Shown: piece by piece, positions 53,187 through 63,104 of the stretch
Layout: each line of letters opens with the position of its first letter
How positions within the stretch are numbered: the first letter of the stretch is position 1
Assembly: GCA_000002445.1 (NCBI GenBank)
Contig: CH464491.1
Span: forward strand, 2,624,001-2,688,000
DNA length: 64,000 nucleotides
Direction: 5' to 3'
From: Trypanosoma brucei
Lineage: Eukaryota
Program-made: the position numbers and the translations under genes
The notes under the pieces: generated by a model
Seen by the model: only the letters and a program-made list of their open reading frames with translations
Databases searched by the model: none
Told to the model about the DNA's origin: nothing

Positions 53187-56093
53187 TTGCCCGAACAGAT
53201 AGGAAGCAATATGAATCCATCTGGTCCCAGTGGTCACCATGAGGAGAGGTTAAGAAGCTCTGCACCGGTGTACACCAACGTGCGTCGCGAGGCACGAAGG
53301 ATGCAGCGTGAAGCGATGGAAGTTAACGCAAGGATAAGGGAAATAGAGGCTCGTGGGCAGATGAGACACAAACAAGAGCGGGTGATGTTGCGCGCCAAGG
53401 TTGACAACATCGTAGAGGGGCTTGTTGGAGGCACCGAAGGGATCGTCCCTCCCAGTGTGCTTGACCCACCTATTGAAAGGATACCAGAACCATGCTTTTT
53501 ACGGCCTACAGAGAAAAAACAAACATGTACAGGGTCGGGAATGGCTCCAGTGAAGTTAATTTCACTCGCTTCCAGTGCCGGCCGCATGCCCGATGACGTT
53601 CGTAGTGGCCGCTATCCAGGGGGCTCACCCTCTAAAGGTGTTACGCCTAGAAACCGTGTGGACGCCTCTGAATCCAAAGCGGGTGAGCCGCCGCGAGGGT
53701 TCCCCGTCCCCTTTGAATCCTCAGGGTTCCGGTGCCCCATTCAGTGGGCGGAGATGAGCCTTCATGAGGTGTTGATAACTGCATTAGGGCCCCGCTCCGA
53801 ACGGGAAAGGAGGGGTACGGATGTGCCTCCGAACCGTTTGCTTGTTAGTGTGGCGTCGCATCTACTAAATGAAGTTCTTTCGCGTGATACACGTTATGCG
53901 ACGTTATGGCCGCTTCTTCGGGACGTTGTCTTCAAGGGACTCTTCGCTCCGACAAATTTCAAGCAATCACCTTATATGGGTGGACGTGAACCCCCCAGTT
54001 ACCCCAGTTTTGTACCAGCAGCTGACTACTTTGGCTTGCGTTTGTGGTCGGATGAGTATCTTCTGAGTCGCAGGGCGGAGTTGCATCTTTCTGATAGGGT
54101 CACTGACTTGAACAGTGCGTTGAATAGCCGTGGGGATATTTTTCAATTTGCAGTCAAGCAAATTGAAAAAGCCAGCAAAAGGAGTGCTTTTCGAGCATGG
54201 CGAGCAGTTGTGCAGCGCAACCGAATTCTCCGAGACAACGTAGTAGCATACCTGAAGCGCGTCCGTCAGAGGATGGTTGTGGAGGGTAGCTTCCTGCGAT
54301 GGCGGCGCCTTGTTGTACAAACGAAGTTAGAGGAGCTGAGAGTGTCTCTGAAGGAATCGAATGTGCGCTTCTCTATTAGCGAGAGTAATAGTAAAGAAAC
54401 AATAAGGGAGCTGGAGGAGAGACTCGAGGAAGAGCGAAAGGGGGCTGAGGTGATGAAGTTGAAAATCGAATCACTCTCCATGCAGCTAGTTGAAAAGCAG
54501 ATGCTTGATCTCCGGACGCTGGACTCCACGTTGCGAAACTACCGCGCTATGTGTGGGGACGCCAAGAAGGAGAGTAAACGGTGGGAACGTTTGGCAAAAA
54601 CATTTTCGTGCCGTTCAGGGTGCCCGGTTTTCCCAGCATCGATGAAAAGGCATGCTCACAGCCTGCGTTCCATTGAGACTTCGTGTGTTGGTCAGGGCAC
54701 GCAAGCTTACGAACGTGTTGTGGACGCGCGCTGCTCCCTCGAGTCACTTCTGGTAGCCTGGATTAACTCTTTGATGAAGGATCAAAATGACCACTCTTGG
54801 AAGGCTGTAAGGAAGATTGAACTGGGGTCTGATGCTGGTGATTTCAGTGTCAGTGCTCTCTGTAAGTTAGTGCGGACATTGGATTCTATATACAACACCA
54901 GGGGCGCAGAGCATGTGATGTGTGGTTCAGCGGCCTCGACAAATCCAAGTCGTGCGACTTCTCTGACAAAATGTATCGAACTGCTGCGGGAAGGGAATGA
55001 ATCATCAACAGTAGTTTTCCAGGAGCTTGTCCAACTTATTCACAAGCAAACAGTGGATGGTCTTTTCCCTCCATTACTCTCCCACTGTTCGTATCTTGAC
55101 ACTTTTTACACCCCTTCAACCTTTTGTCAAAAACCCCATCCAACTGCTATGCTGTGGGTGCTGGCTACGCTTTTCGTTGGGTATGCGCGTTTGGTAGCGG
55201 GTGTTCCGTCATTTGCATCGCATGATATCGAGCAGCGGCTACGGTGTCAATCTGAGGCCTCAATAGGCTGCCTTGCCTTAGGCCCCGTGCCTGAGGAGGG
55301 GGAGGTTAACAAGCAACCTGAAGGCCGGAGCCGCAGCCAGAGTATCGTCAGTTCTCACATTTTGACGACAAACACGGTCATCAAAAAATCCGCCCGTCAC
55401 AGCCGTCCGCGAAGCACGGCGTCACGTAAAGTAGCCGAAGAGGCCGCTGACGAGAAAGATCAGGCGTGTGAGAAGGCAATTGTGGACACCGCTTCTGATG
55501 TTGAGGTGTACCTCAATTGCGAGTGTGGTACGGAGGAAGAGGGAGGATACTCCAGCGATGGCGAACTGACGACAAGTGAAACTGCCACGACTCACGAAAC
55601 CGATGGACTTGAAAAAAGCACGTCAGGTGCAACGGAAAAGATGAAGCATACGCCGGGTAGCAGCAGTAAACCACAGCGTCCTGCACGGAGGTCTCAGCTT
55701 CTCCCTTCAACGAGTAAACTGTTGGTTCCAGTTGGACAGCGAGAGTTTGTTAAGTTTCACCGAGACGAGGGAAAGCGTCAACGAATGTGGATAAGTGTTT
55801 GCCGTATTGTAACGTCACTAGTGGTGAGGTTTCGTATCCTCGACGTACCGACAAGCAGCGCCGTTCCTCCGAGCTTCGCTTCACCTATGTCGTTTTCTTC
55901 GTCTCTACCACGGCTTGTTAGTGGACGACACTCATTATTTTTTAACAGTGGACGGGAGTCAAGGAGGAGCCAGTCCGGTTTGTTTCCCGTTGCCAGTAGT
56001 CCCCCAAATCCAGCCACAAAACCCAAGAGAGGGGCGTCTCAGGCACACTCTACGCTGCGGCGGTGGCTGGATAAGGCTAGGAAGGCAGAGTAG
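53187..56093 (+). CDS. hypothetical protein (968 aa), central coiled-coil, Ser/Thr-rich C-terminus
   Basis: 2.9 kb + ORF with normal composition; coiled-coil segment (LEELRVSLKESNVRFSISESNSKETIRELEERLEEERKGAEVMKLKIESLSMQLVEKQ). No family recognised. Confidence 0.65.
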   Translation: MPEQIGSNMNPSGPSGHHEERLRSSAPVYTNVRREARRMQREAMEVNARIREIEARGQMRHKQERVMLRAKVDNIVEGLVGGTEGIVPPSVLDPPIERIPEPCFLRPTEKKQTCTGSGMAPVKLISLASSAGRMPDDVRSGRYPGGSPSKGVTPRNRVDASESKAGEPPRGFPVPFESSGFRCPIQWAEMSLHEVLITALGPRSERERRGTDVPPNRLLVSVASHLLNEVLSRDTRYATLWPLLRDVVFKGLFAPTNFKQSPYMGGREPPSYPSFVPAADYFGLRLWSDEYLLSRRAELHLSDRVTDLNSALNSRGDIFQFAVKQIEKASKRSAFRAWRAVVQRNRILRDNVVAYLKRVRQRMVVEGSFLRWRRLVVQTKLEELRVSLKESNVRFSISESNSKETIRELEERLEEERKGAEVMKLKIESLSMQLVEKQMLDLRTLDSTLRNYRAMCGDAKKESKRWERLAKTFSCRSGCPVFPASMKRHAHSLRSIETSCVGQGTQAYERVVDARCSLESLLVAWINSLMKDQNDHSWKAVRKIELGSDAGDFSVSALCKLVRTLDSIYNTRGAEHVMCGSAASTNPSRATSLTKCIELLREGNESSTVVFQELVQLIHKQTVDGLFPPLLSHCSYLDTFYTPSTFCQKPHPTAMLWVLATLFVGYARLVAGVPSFASHDIEQRLRCQSEASIGCLALGPVPEEGEVNKQPEGRSRSQSIVSSHILTTNTVIKKSARHSRPRSTASRKVAEEAADEKDQACEKAIVDTASDVEVYLNCECGTEEEGGYSSDGELTTSETATTHETDGLEKSTSGATEKMKHTPGSSSKPQRPARRSQLLPSTSKLLVPVGQREFVKFHRDEGKRQRMWISVCRIVTSLVVRFRILDVPTSSAVPPSFASPMSFSSSLPRLVSGRHSLFFNSGRESRRSQSGLFPVASSPPNPATKPKRGASQAHSTLRRWLDKARKAE

Positions 56094-56855
56094 GTGGGAG
56101 GTGTGAGTTGTTTGAAGAGGCATGCAGCGTCGCCAAAGCCAGGGGAAGTGTGGGCGCTTCCTCCACTATGTTATCTGTACCTTCGTGCTGTTAGATGTTA
56201 TATTATCACTTTATGTTTACGTCTGATCACTCTATTTCCGCATTATCGCGTTGGCTGGCCTAGGTGCCGAAAATGAGGCTCAACTTCATTTTTATGCGTG
56301 TGGGTGGGTGACGCAACAGACACAACAGATTTGACGTTTGCAACTGTTTCCCCCTTTCTCTTTCCCCCGTTATTCCTGCTTTCATTCTTTGTAGAATTCC
56401 CCCTTCCCACTTTCTGATGTTCACCTGTTGTGAATACGTGGGTATGCTTGCGTTGTGCTTCATGGTCCATGTCGCCAATCAGTTCACCCTACGGCCATGG
56501 ACTGACTCCCACAAACGCCTTTCCCTGTCCCCATGTTTGTAATTACTTCTGAATGATCTTTCTTCGTCTCCCCTCCCCTTCACGTACACACGCGCCATTG
56601 TCTCCTCGCTGTTTCTGGTTGACGTTGTGTAGTGTAATATGTTTGTGCCCGTGTTGGTGCTTGGATGGTTTGCTTTTATCTTCCTTTCTTCACCGTTTTT
56701 GGAAACACCCCAATACTCTGGAAGCGTGCCTACCTTGTGTGGTGCTCATTTCACTATTCTGAACACAATATAGAGAAGAGAAGCAGGCCCGAAAGGGAAA
56801 ATCAGGAGGGTGCTAAACGAGACAGGATAGTGTAGAAGGCACTGGTGCCACCATA

Positions 56856-57212
56856 ATGCCCCGTGGCGGCACTGACTATCTCGAGGCACTGTCAGTACCG
56901 AAACATGATGTGACGGGAGTAAAGGGGGAAGGTGTTCCACTCCGGAAGCGGTTACAACCCGTTCAGGTTACAGGGTATGACTCCACAGCCAAGATAGGGA
57001 GGAGTACCAGGCGTCAGGAACTGCGGGCAGCACTTCTTGAGGAGGAGCTGAGGGGAGGGGGTCTGTGTGGTGGCTGCCGTAGGGTGGCGCTGTGCGTTTC
57101 TGTTTTCGCACTTTTGGCGGTGCTTGCAGTGGCAGCAATGATGTACTTTCCACAAGGCAGAGAAATTCTTTTACCCCTACTGAGTCAGTTACGGGGCTAT
57201 CTGGGGGTATAG
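56856..57212 (+). CDS. hypothetical small tail-anchored-type protein (118 aa), tentative
   Basis: + ORF alone in a 1.5 kb interval, preceded by a pyrimidine-rich tract (56520-56720). Single C-terminal hydrophobic helix (VALCVSVFALLAVLAVAAMMYF). Confidence 0.35.
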   Translation: MPRGGTDYLEALSVPKHDVTGVKGEGVPLRKRLQPVQVTGYDSTAKIGRSTRRQELRAALLEEELRGGGLCGGCRRVALCVSVFALLAVLAVAAMMYFPQGREILLPLLSQLRGYLGV

Positions 57213-57595
57213 TGGTGGTGTTTGCTGCTGCGGGGTGGTGTTTTTTGTGGCCTAGTTTCCCTAGACACGTACAGTAGAGTTAAATGGGCGCGCGCATTCG
57301 TTATTTTCCAGTGGAAGGCATGATGAGACAGAAGAGAAGCAGTGGGTTCCCCTTCTTTTTGAGTCTGTTCGAAATGATGCGACTTTCTGATGTATTTTTG
57401 CTCTTCCACATTGTTTGGTGAAGAATGCCGAGGTACTCCGTTTTCTGTACCCCGCGGTGGGCATCATATACCCAATTTCGAATTATGTTTCTTAGTTTTC
57501 GCATCTCCCCCCACTTTCCACAATTCTTCAACGGACCCTTCGTCTGTTATCATCTCCCCCTCTTCCTCCCGGTGCTGCCGCTGTGAACGCACATA

Positions 57596-58771
57596 ATGTT
57601 TACCCGCCCACTCTTCAATTTTTCACCACGCCATCTGTGCCTCTTTTTAAGTGCTCACAGTTCCCCTCCAAGTCTTCGCGAACCAATGAGTCTTCGCGAG
57701 GACTGGGGTCGTCTTGTGGACGAGGTATGTAACATGGATAGCACTGAACCGCTCCCAGAAGAGTTTGTTCCCTCAGAATTCCTCCCTGGGGGTTGCGAAC
57801 TCCCTGCTGACTTGTTGCACTACCTCCGGAGCGGAGCAAATGCTTTTGAGGCTGAAACTGCTGATCTTTTTCAGCCGCAAACTTCCACTGAGGAGGGGTT
57901 TCACGCTGCACCCATTGTCAGTCGTTACGGCACGGCGGGAACCCTACGCAACCTAGTTGGTGATCGAGGCGAGAACCCGCGACTACCGAGGCACGAGGGA
58001 CCGAACTTTTACGAGGCCTATCGCGCTCACGCCGCCTTGAACGGCGAGGGAGGCGGAAGGAACAACCTCACTTCCTCTGCTTCTGCCGCTGCGGCGGCAG
58101 GAAGTGCGGGGGCTAACAATATTCTTCGTTCAATTGGGAATGGGATTCGTATCAATCCTGGATTCATGGTGCCGGAGTATCATTCGCAGAGGAACCGGAA
58201 ACTTAACTTTGTCCCCCTGATTCTCATTTCGCCTTCTGTTTCTTCTGTACTTCAGGTGATCAACATCAAAGATTTCTTGGAGGATGGTGTTTACGTTGAG
58301 CCGTCCTCACGGTTCTTGAACCCCGTAACGGGCGACATGAACGTTGAAGACGCGCCGAAGCACATCACTGTCAAACCGGGAAGCTTCCTAGATGCGGACA
58401 AGTACCGTGTAGCGTACAGAGAGTTTCGTGTTGTGAATGGACCAAAACAGGTAAAGAACTGGAACCATGTCTGTGCGTGCATCGTAGACGGCAATGAGTG
58501 GCAATTTAACCGTTGGTTTCCAGACGAAGTTCCTTCCTTGTGTGTGAGCCGACTTTTTCAGCGTGTGTGTGGTTTTTTACCTTACTTTGAGGAGGATAAA
58601 CCACCCAAGGCCCTTCAGGAGTGGCATGTTACTCCGTTGAAGTTGACACGCCGCGTTGTGAAGTCGCACACTCACATTCGCCAGGCGTCTGCCTTTTGGG
58701 AGCACTTGTACCTGTTTCTGGACACACATCCCCTCTTTAAGTTGTTCACCGTCCCGCCGGACCAGCCGTAG
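57596..58771 (+). CDS. Cdc73/parafibromin-like protein (PAF1-complex subunit), C-terminal Ras-like domain
   Basis: C-terminal ..KNWNHVCACIVDGNEWQFNRWFPDE.. matches the conserved Cdc73_C block (..drVvAVfv.G..WQFk.Wp..). Confidence 0.6.
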   Translation: MFTRPLFNFSPRHLCLFLSAHSSPPSLREPMSLREDWGRLVDEVCNMDSTEPLPEEFVPSEFLPGGCELPADLLHYLRSGANAFEAETADLFQPQTSTEEGFHAAPIVSRYGTAGTLRNLVGDRGENPRLPRHEGPNFYEAYRAHAALNGEGGGRNNLTSSASAAAAAGSAGANNILRSIGNGIRINPGFMVPEYHSQRNRKLNFVPLILISPSVSSVLQVINIKDFLEDGVYVEPSSRFLNPVTGDMNVEDAPKHITVKPGSFLDADKYRVAYREFRVVNGPKQVKNWNHVCACIVDGNEWQFNRWFPDEVPSLCVSRLFQRVCGFLPYFEEDKPPKALQEWHVTPLKLTRRVVKSHTHIRQASAFWEHLYLFLDTHPLFKLFTVPPDQP

Positions 58772-58990
58772 CTTTTGATTTTACCCCCATCAATTGCAAT
58801 AATCGGGCTGTACTGATCAAGAGTGAGAGGGAGGCGAAGTCGCCCAACTTTTTACTTCCCCCACAGCGTGAGGAATCGGGGTCGGCTAAACCTTCAGGAA
58901 GTGGTTAATTTCCTTTTTGTTGTTTCACTGCGAATGGCTTTGTCATTTTCTTTTTTTCTTTTTTCTTTCTGATGAAAGAGATAAGGGAGC

Positions 58991-59010
58991 ATATATATAT
59001 ATATATATAT
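58991..59010. repeat. (AT)10 microsatellite
   Basis: Read directly, 3' of the Cdc73-like gene. Confidence 0.9.
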
Positions 59011-59360
59011 TTATTTATAAAGGTGAGGGAAAGGAGCAGAGAGGGAAGGGAAGAGAGAGAGAGTGGGGATGTTTAAAAGCATGTGTATGCGCACGTAGTG
59101 TGCTTTAAAAAGAGTGATGTGATTGGCGTTGCGGTTGTGTGTGTGTGTGCATGGGAGAGGGGCGGGAGTCCGCGATGAAGAGAGAAGACAAAGTGCGTGG
59201 GGAATAATTTTATTGTCTTCCAGAATCTTTCTGTCGGAGCTGCAGTTGATTGCTGGTTCACTGTGTCCTGCCGATGGGCCTCTTGAAATATCAGTTGCGC
59301 TGATACGGTAGTTTGTAGGGGCTTACCACTTCTGTGTACGTTCCGTTGGTGAATCGGTAT

Positions 59361-59396
59361 TCTGTTCTTTTTTTTTTGTTTTATTACTTTGACGTC
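59361..59396 (+). promoter_or_regulatory. polypyrimidine tract upstream of HslV
   Basis: ttctgttcttttttttttgttttattactttgacg. Confidence 0.35.
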
Positions 59397-59577
59397 TTGT
59401 GTGCATGGGTTTAGAAGCTTAGACTTAACTTCGCACAGTTCGGCGCAGACGAAGAAAATAAAAGGATTTTTTTAAAAAAGGAAAATATAAATATACGTAC
59501 ATTCACAAGAACGACGAAGGGAGCGAGGCGCACACCAGTAACTCAAGCATACTTTTCCGACTTTATCACCCGTCATT

Positions 59578-60207
59578 ATGCTTCGCCGTGTCGGCCGCAC
59601 TACGTGTTCCCCTGCAGCGTGTCAACTACGTCACACAACCATCCTTTCTGTCCGCAAGGGTGATACGGTTGTGCTACTCGGTGATCGACAGGTTACCCTT
59701 GGTGAGCGCATTGTCGCCAAATCCAGTGCATGCAAGCTGCGTCGCATTAATGATGATGTTGTCATTGGTTTCGCGGGGAGCACTGCGGACGCGATTTCTC
59801 TTATGGAGAAACTTGAGAACAAAATTGGTGAGTTCCCAAATCAGCTTACCCGTGCGGCTGTTGAGCTAGCTAAAGAGTGGCGTACTGATCGCGCACTTCG
59901 CCGGTTGGAAGCCTCACTCATTGTTTGCAGTGCTGAGGAGACTCTGGAAATTGATGGACAGGGTAATGTTATTACGCCAGAGGCTGATGGAATTGTGGCA
60001 ATTGGGTCCGGTGGAACCTTCGCGAAGGCAGCGGCACGGGCGCTCATTGATGTGGACGGTTACGATGCGGAGAAAATCGCGCGGAAAGCGATGCGCATCG
60101 CCACAGATATCGATGTTTTCAGCAACGAACACTGGGATGTTGAGGTACTCAAGCGGAAATCCGAGAAGCAGGAAGGGTCGGAAGCGTCGGCGAAAACTAG
60201 CGAGTAA
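59578..60207 (+). CDS. hslV: ATP-dependent protease subunit HslV (bacterial-type proteasome-like peptidase), mitochondrial
   Basis: TTILSVRKGDTVVLLGDRQVTLGERIVAKSSACKLRRINDDVVIGFAGSTADAISLMEKLE.. closely parallels bacterial HslV from its mature N-terminal Thr (TTIL..). 19-aa Arg-rich leader (MLRRVGRTTCSPAACQLRH) precedes it. Confidence 0.92.
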   Translation: MLRRVGRTTCSPAACQLRHTTILSVRKGDTVVLLGDRQVTLGERIVAKSSACKLRRINDDVVIGFAGSTADAISLMEKLENKIGEFPNQLTRAAVELAKEWRTDRALRRLEASLIVCSAEETLEIDGQGNVITPEADGIVAIGSGGTFAKAAARALIDVDGYDAEKIARKAMRIATDIDVFSNEHWDVEVLKRKSEKQEGSEASAKTSE

Positions 60208-60463
60208 CCGAAGTTAGTGCAGTCATGGCGGTAAATTTGATCCATCGACCGAAGGCACATGTATTTGTGCTTGCGTGTCTAGTGTTTTGAACGTTCGCTG
60301 TGATATACTCGGGCAGCGGTGTATCCGAGTAGGTGGCAGCATGCGTGGACCACGTGAGATAAGAGAGCAAAAGGAATGTGACAACTGAAGGGCCTCTGAT
60401 AGGAGGCGAGTGAAGCAGGAGAGGGCGATTCACTCCACTGCGGTATGAGTGGGTGTCCGTGTT

Positions 60464-60482
60464 TTGTTGTTGTTGTTGTTGA
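60464..60482. repeat. (TTG)6 microsatellite
   Basis: ttgttgttgttgttgttg read directly. Confidence 0.85.
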
Positions 60483-61896
60483 TAGGGCGGCAGGTGTTGG
60501 GGGAGAAATGTTTTATGTTGTCGGGTGCCAAAATGTGGTTGTGGTTCCGCATGTGTACGTATCTGTAGCATAACCAGCATTCACTTCTTCGTGCATCTCG
60601 TCACACATGGCATTCGTGCTACAATTATTCCTTCATGCTTCTCTTGATATTCACACGCACGCGCACACACACGAGGAATTTCTCCGTTGTTGTCTTTTAT
60701 TTGTAGTTCCATTGCACTTCTTCCCCTTCTCCTTCCTCTCCGGAACGGGTTTAACCACTGGTTGAGGCTGTAGAACTCATTTCTCCTCTCACGGTATAAC
60801 GACGGCTGCAATGAGTAAACGACATCACCATCAAATTTTTTTAAAAAAAGAGAAAGGCAAAAAAAATAAATAATAATAAAGAAACTGCGCCCAGCGTTGT
60901 TCATTTCAAACAGTGCGATCTATGCAATTTCCCCCTTGGTTTCCCCCATTACTTTTGTCTTCTCTCTTCGGTTTGTCTCTTTGCTTTCCTTTTTTAATTA
61001 ATCCACCTTTGAGGTGGATATACCGCATAGAAAGAGCCCAATGCTGTCACTGTAGCAGAGATGGCGTAGGTACGAGTTTCGCGTAAGATCTTTCCTGTGT
61101 TTTTTTTACTTTTGTTTCCCGTTTTGGAAGAAACTGAAACTTAGTCACTTTAAGCACACTAGAGAGAAATGCAGAACTGGTCGTAAGTGGTGGCGGAGGA
61201 TGAAATGATGCTCTTTTTTCTGTGTGAAATCCCATCTAAACCATCAGAAAAGGGCGTCTACTTACATTTTCTTATTTTCTGTTACTCGGGTGTATTTTGT
61301 TGTTGAACTTATGCTAACGAACTGGCTGCACTTTACCGTTCCTCTTATATTTAGTGGGCGAGAGCGGTGTATTGCGTAAGTTTAGGTGACCTTCACGCTC
61401 TACGGGTCGCTGCTGTGTGGAAGCGAAGGAAACGGCAGGCTTTTAAATTTTTGTATGAACATTGAGTTGCATCAGGAATGATGTGTTTTGAGGGTCAGTT
61501 AAGGACTGTAGGGGCATAAATGAGGGTAGTGAATATATATATATTTGCCTCACATTATAAAAGGAAAGTCAAGAAATGATAGGAAGATGAATGACAAGCA
61601 GCTCTTCCACGTAGTGGTAATAGATGCATTTATGCACGTCTTTGTATGATATTTTTGCCATTCATATTGTTGTGCTTCTACGTTGTTACTATCGTTTCTT
61701 CCCTCCATTGCTTCGTGGTAAGAGTAGCATTATCTCTTTTATCGTGGTGTTTCAACATTCACATGTGTAGGTCAGAGTAAGGGTGAGTCAAATAGGAAAG
61801 GAAATAAAATAAACGAAGGAAAGAGAAAAGAACATTTTCCCCGAGAGACGAAGAGAGACGCATCAAGGGGAAACTAGTAGTAAGGAGTGAAGCCGC

Positions 61897-62523
61897 ATGG
61901 TGGAAAAGCACATGTACGACGGTTGGTCGTATGAGCGGCTCCGTCAACAACGCAACCGCGCTCACTTCCTTCTTGAGGAACCCTACCGGTTTATCACAGT
62001 TTTGCTTCATCATGGAAAGTTGTACGCCATCGATAGTCCATGTTATCACGGCTCCGGACCACTTGGCGAGGGTCAGATAGTTGATTTAGAAGATATGGAT
62101 ACTGTTGTGACATCAGGAGACGGAAAACTCGGGTCCTCACGAGTGCCTTGTTTACGCTGTCCATGGCACTCTTACCTTATTTCCATTGAAACGGGGGAAT
62201 TGGTGGAGGTGCTGTCAGTTGAAGGCACTAAAACTGGGAGAGAGAATCAAGCTGATAATGATGTTGCAGAAGAGATGCCGTCTTATCCACTTCAGCACCG
62301 CTTTGGCACTTGCGGAGGGGCCACACACGTCTCCCGGAAGGGTGTCGTTCAGCGTACTCATCAGGTGTCTCTCGATGAGGCCACTGGAATTTTAACAATT
62401 GAAGTGGAAGATGAGGAGGTGATGCGCCGACGCCCGTTGCCATCCGACAAAGTGGCGGGAGATATTAAGAACGGGGCCCTCACCATGCAAATATTTGACA
62501 TAAAGGCCAGAGGGCTTGAGTAA
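61897..62523 (+). CDS. Rieske [2Fe-2S] domain-containing protein (208 aa)
   Basis: Box I CYHGSGPL and box II CLRCPWHSY (CxH..CxxH pattern spaced ~35 aa apart) within a beta-rich region. Confidence 0.7.
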   Translation: MVEKHMYDGWSYERLRQQRNRAHFLLEEPYRFITVLLHHGKLYAIDSPCYHGSGPLGEGQIVDLEDMDTVVTSGDGKLGSSRVPCLRCPWHSYLISIETGELVEVLSVEGTKTGRENQADNDVAEEMPSYPLQHRFGTCGGATHVSRKGVVQRTHQVSLDEATGILTIEVEDEEVMRRRPLPSDKVAGDIKNGALTMQIFDIKARGLE

Positions 62524-63104
62524 ATGGCAAGCACTTTTCGGGAAGAGAGGCGATGTCATGTGCAACTTTCCTCTCTTTTTTTTTCTTTTTGCAGATGTGT
62601 TTGTTGTGTAAATTTTGATGTTGGGTTATGAAAGTCCGATTGCAGTGGGGGCACTACCCGACCCGCAGTCTTGGGATTACTGACTTTGTGTGTGGGTTTA
62701 TGTGCATTTGGAAAAGAAAAATAAAGGTGTATATTTTGAAGTTGAAGTTGTTTGGACTTCACTGATATCGGTTGTTTCTTCTAGCTCTTCTATTGTGGTA
62801 CTCGTGTGGGACCTATCTTTCCCTCTTTTCTTTCGGCATGTATGAAAGTGTTTTAAGACAGGGATAGTTGAGTAGCAACAGTAACACCAACCACAAATAC
62901 AGCTGCGGTGGTGGGGTATAAGAAAGACCTGAAGTTAAAAAAATAAATACCTAAAAAAAAAAGAACAAAAGGTAACTTTTCCTCCATTAAGATTTAACAA
63001 AGAAAAGGGTGACAGGGGGGGGGCAAGGGGTTAAGCAAGACGTTTGTTAAGCAAAAGGGTGTGCCGTTTGGTGGGAGGGCGTAATTAAGTGAGAGAAATA
63101 GCCA

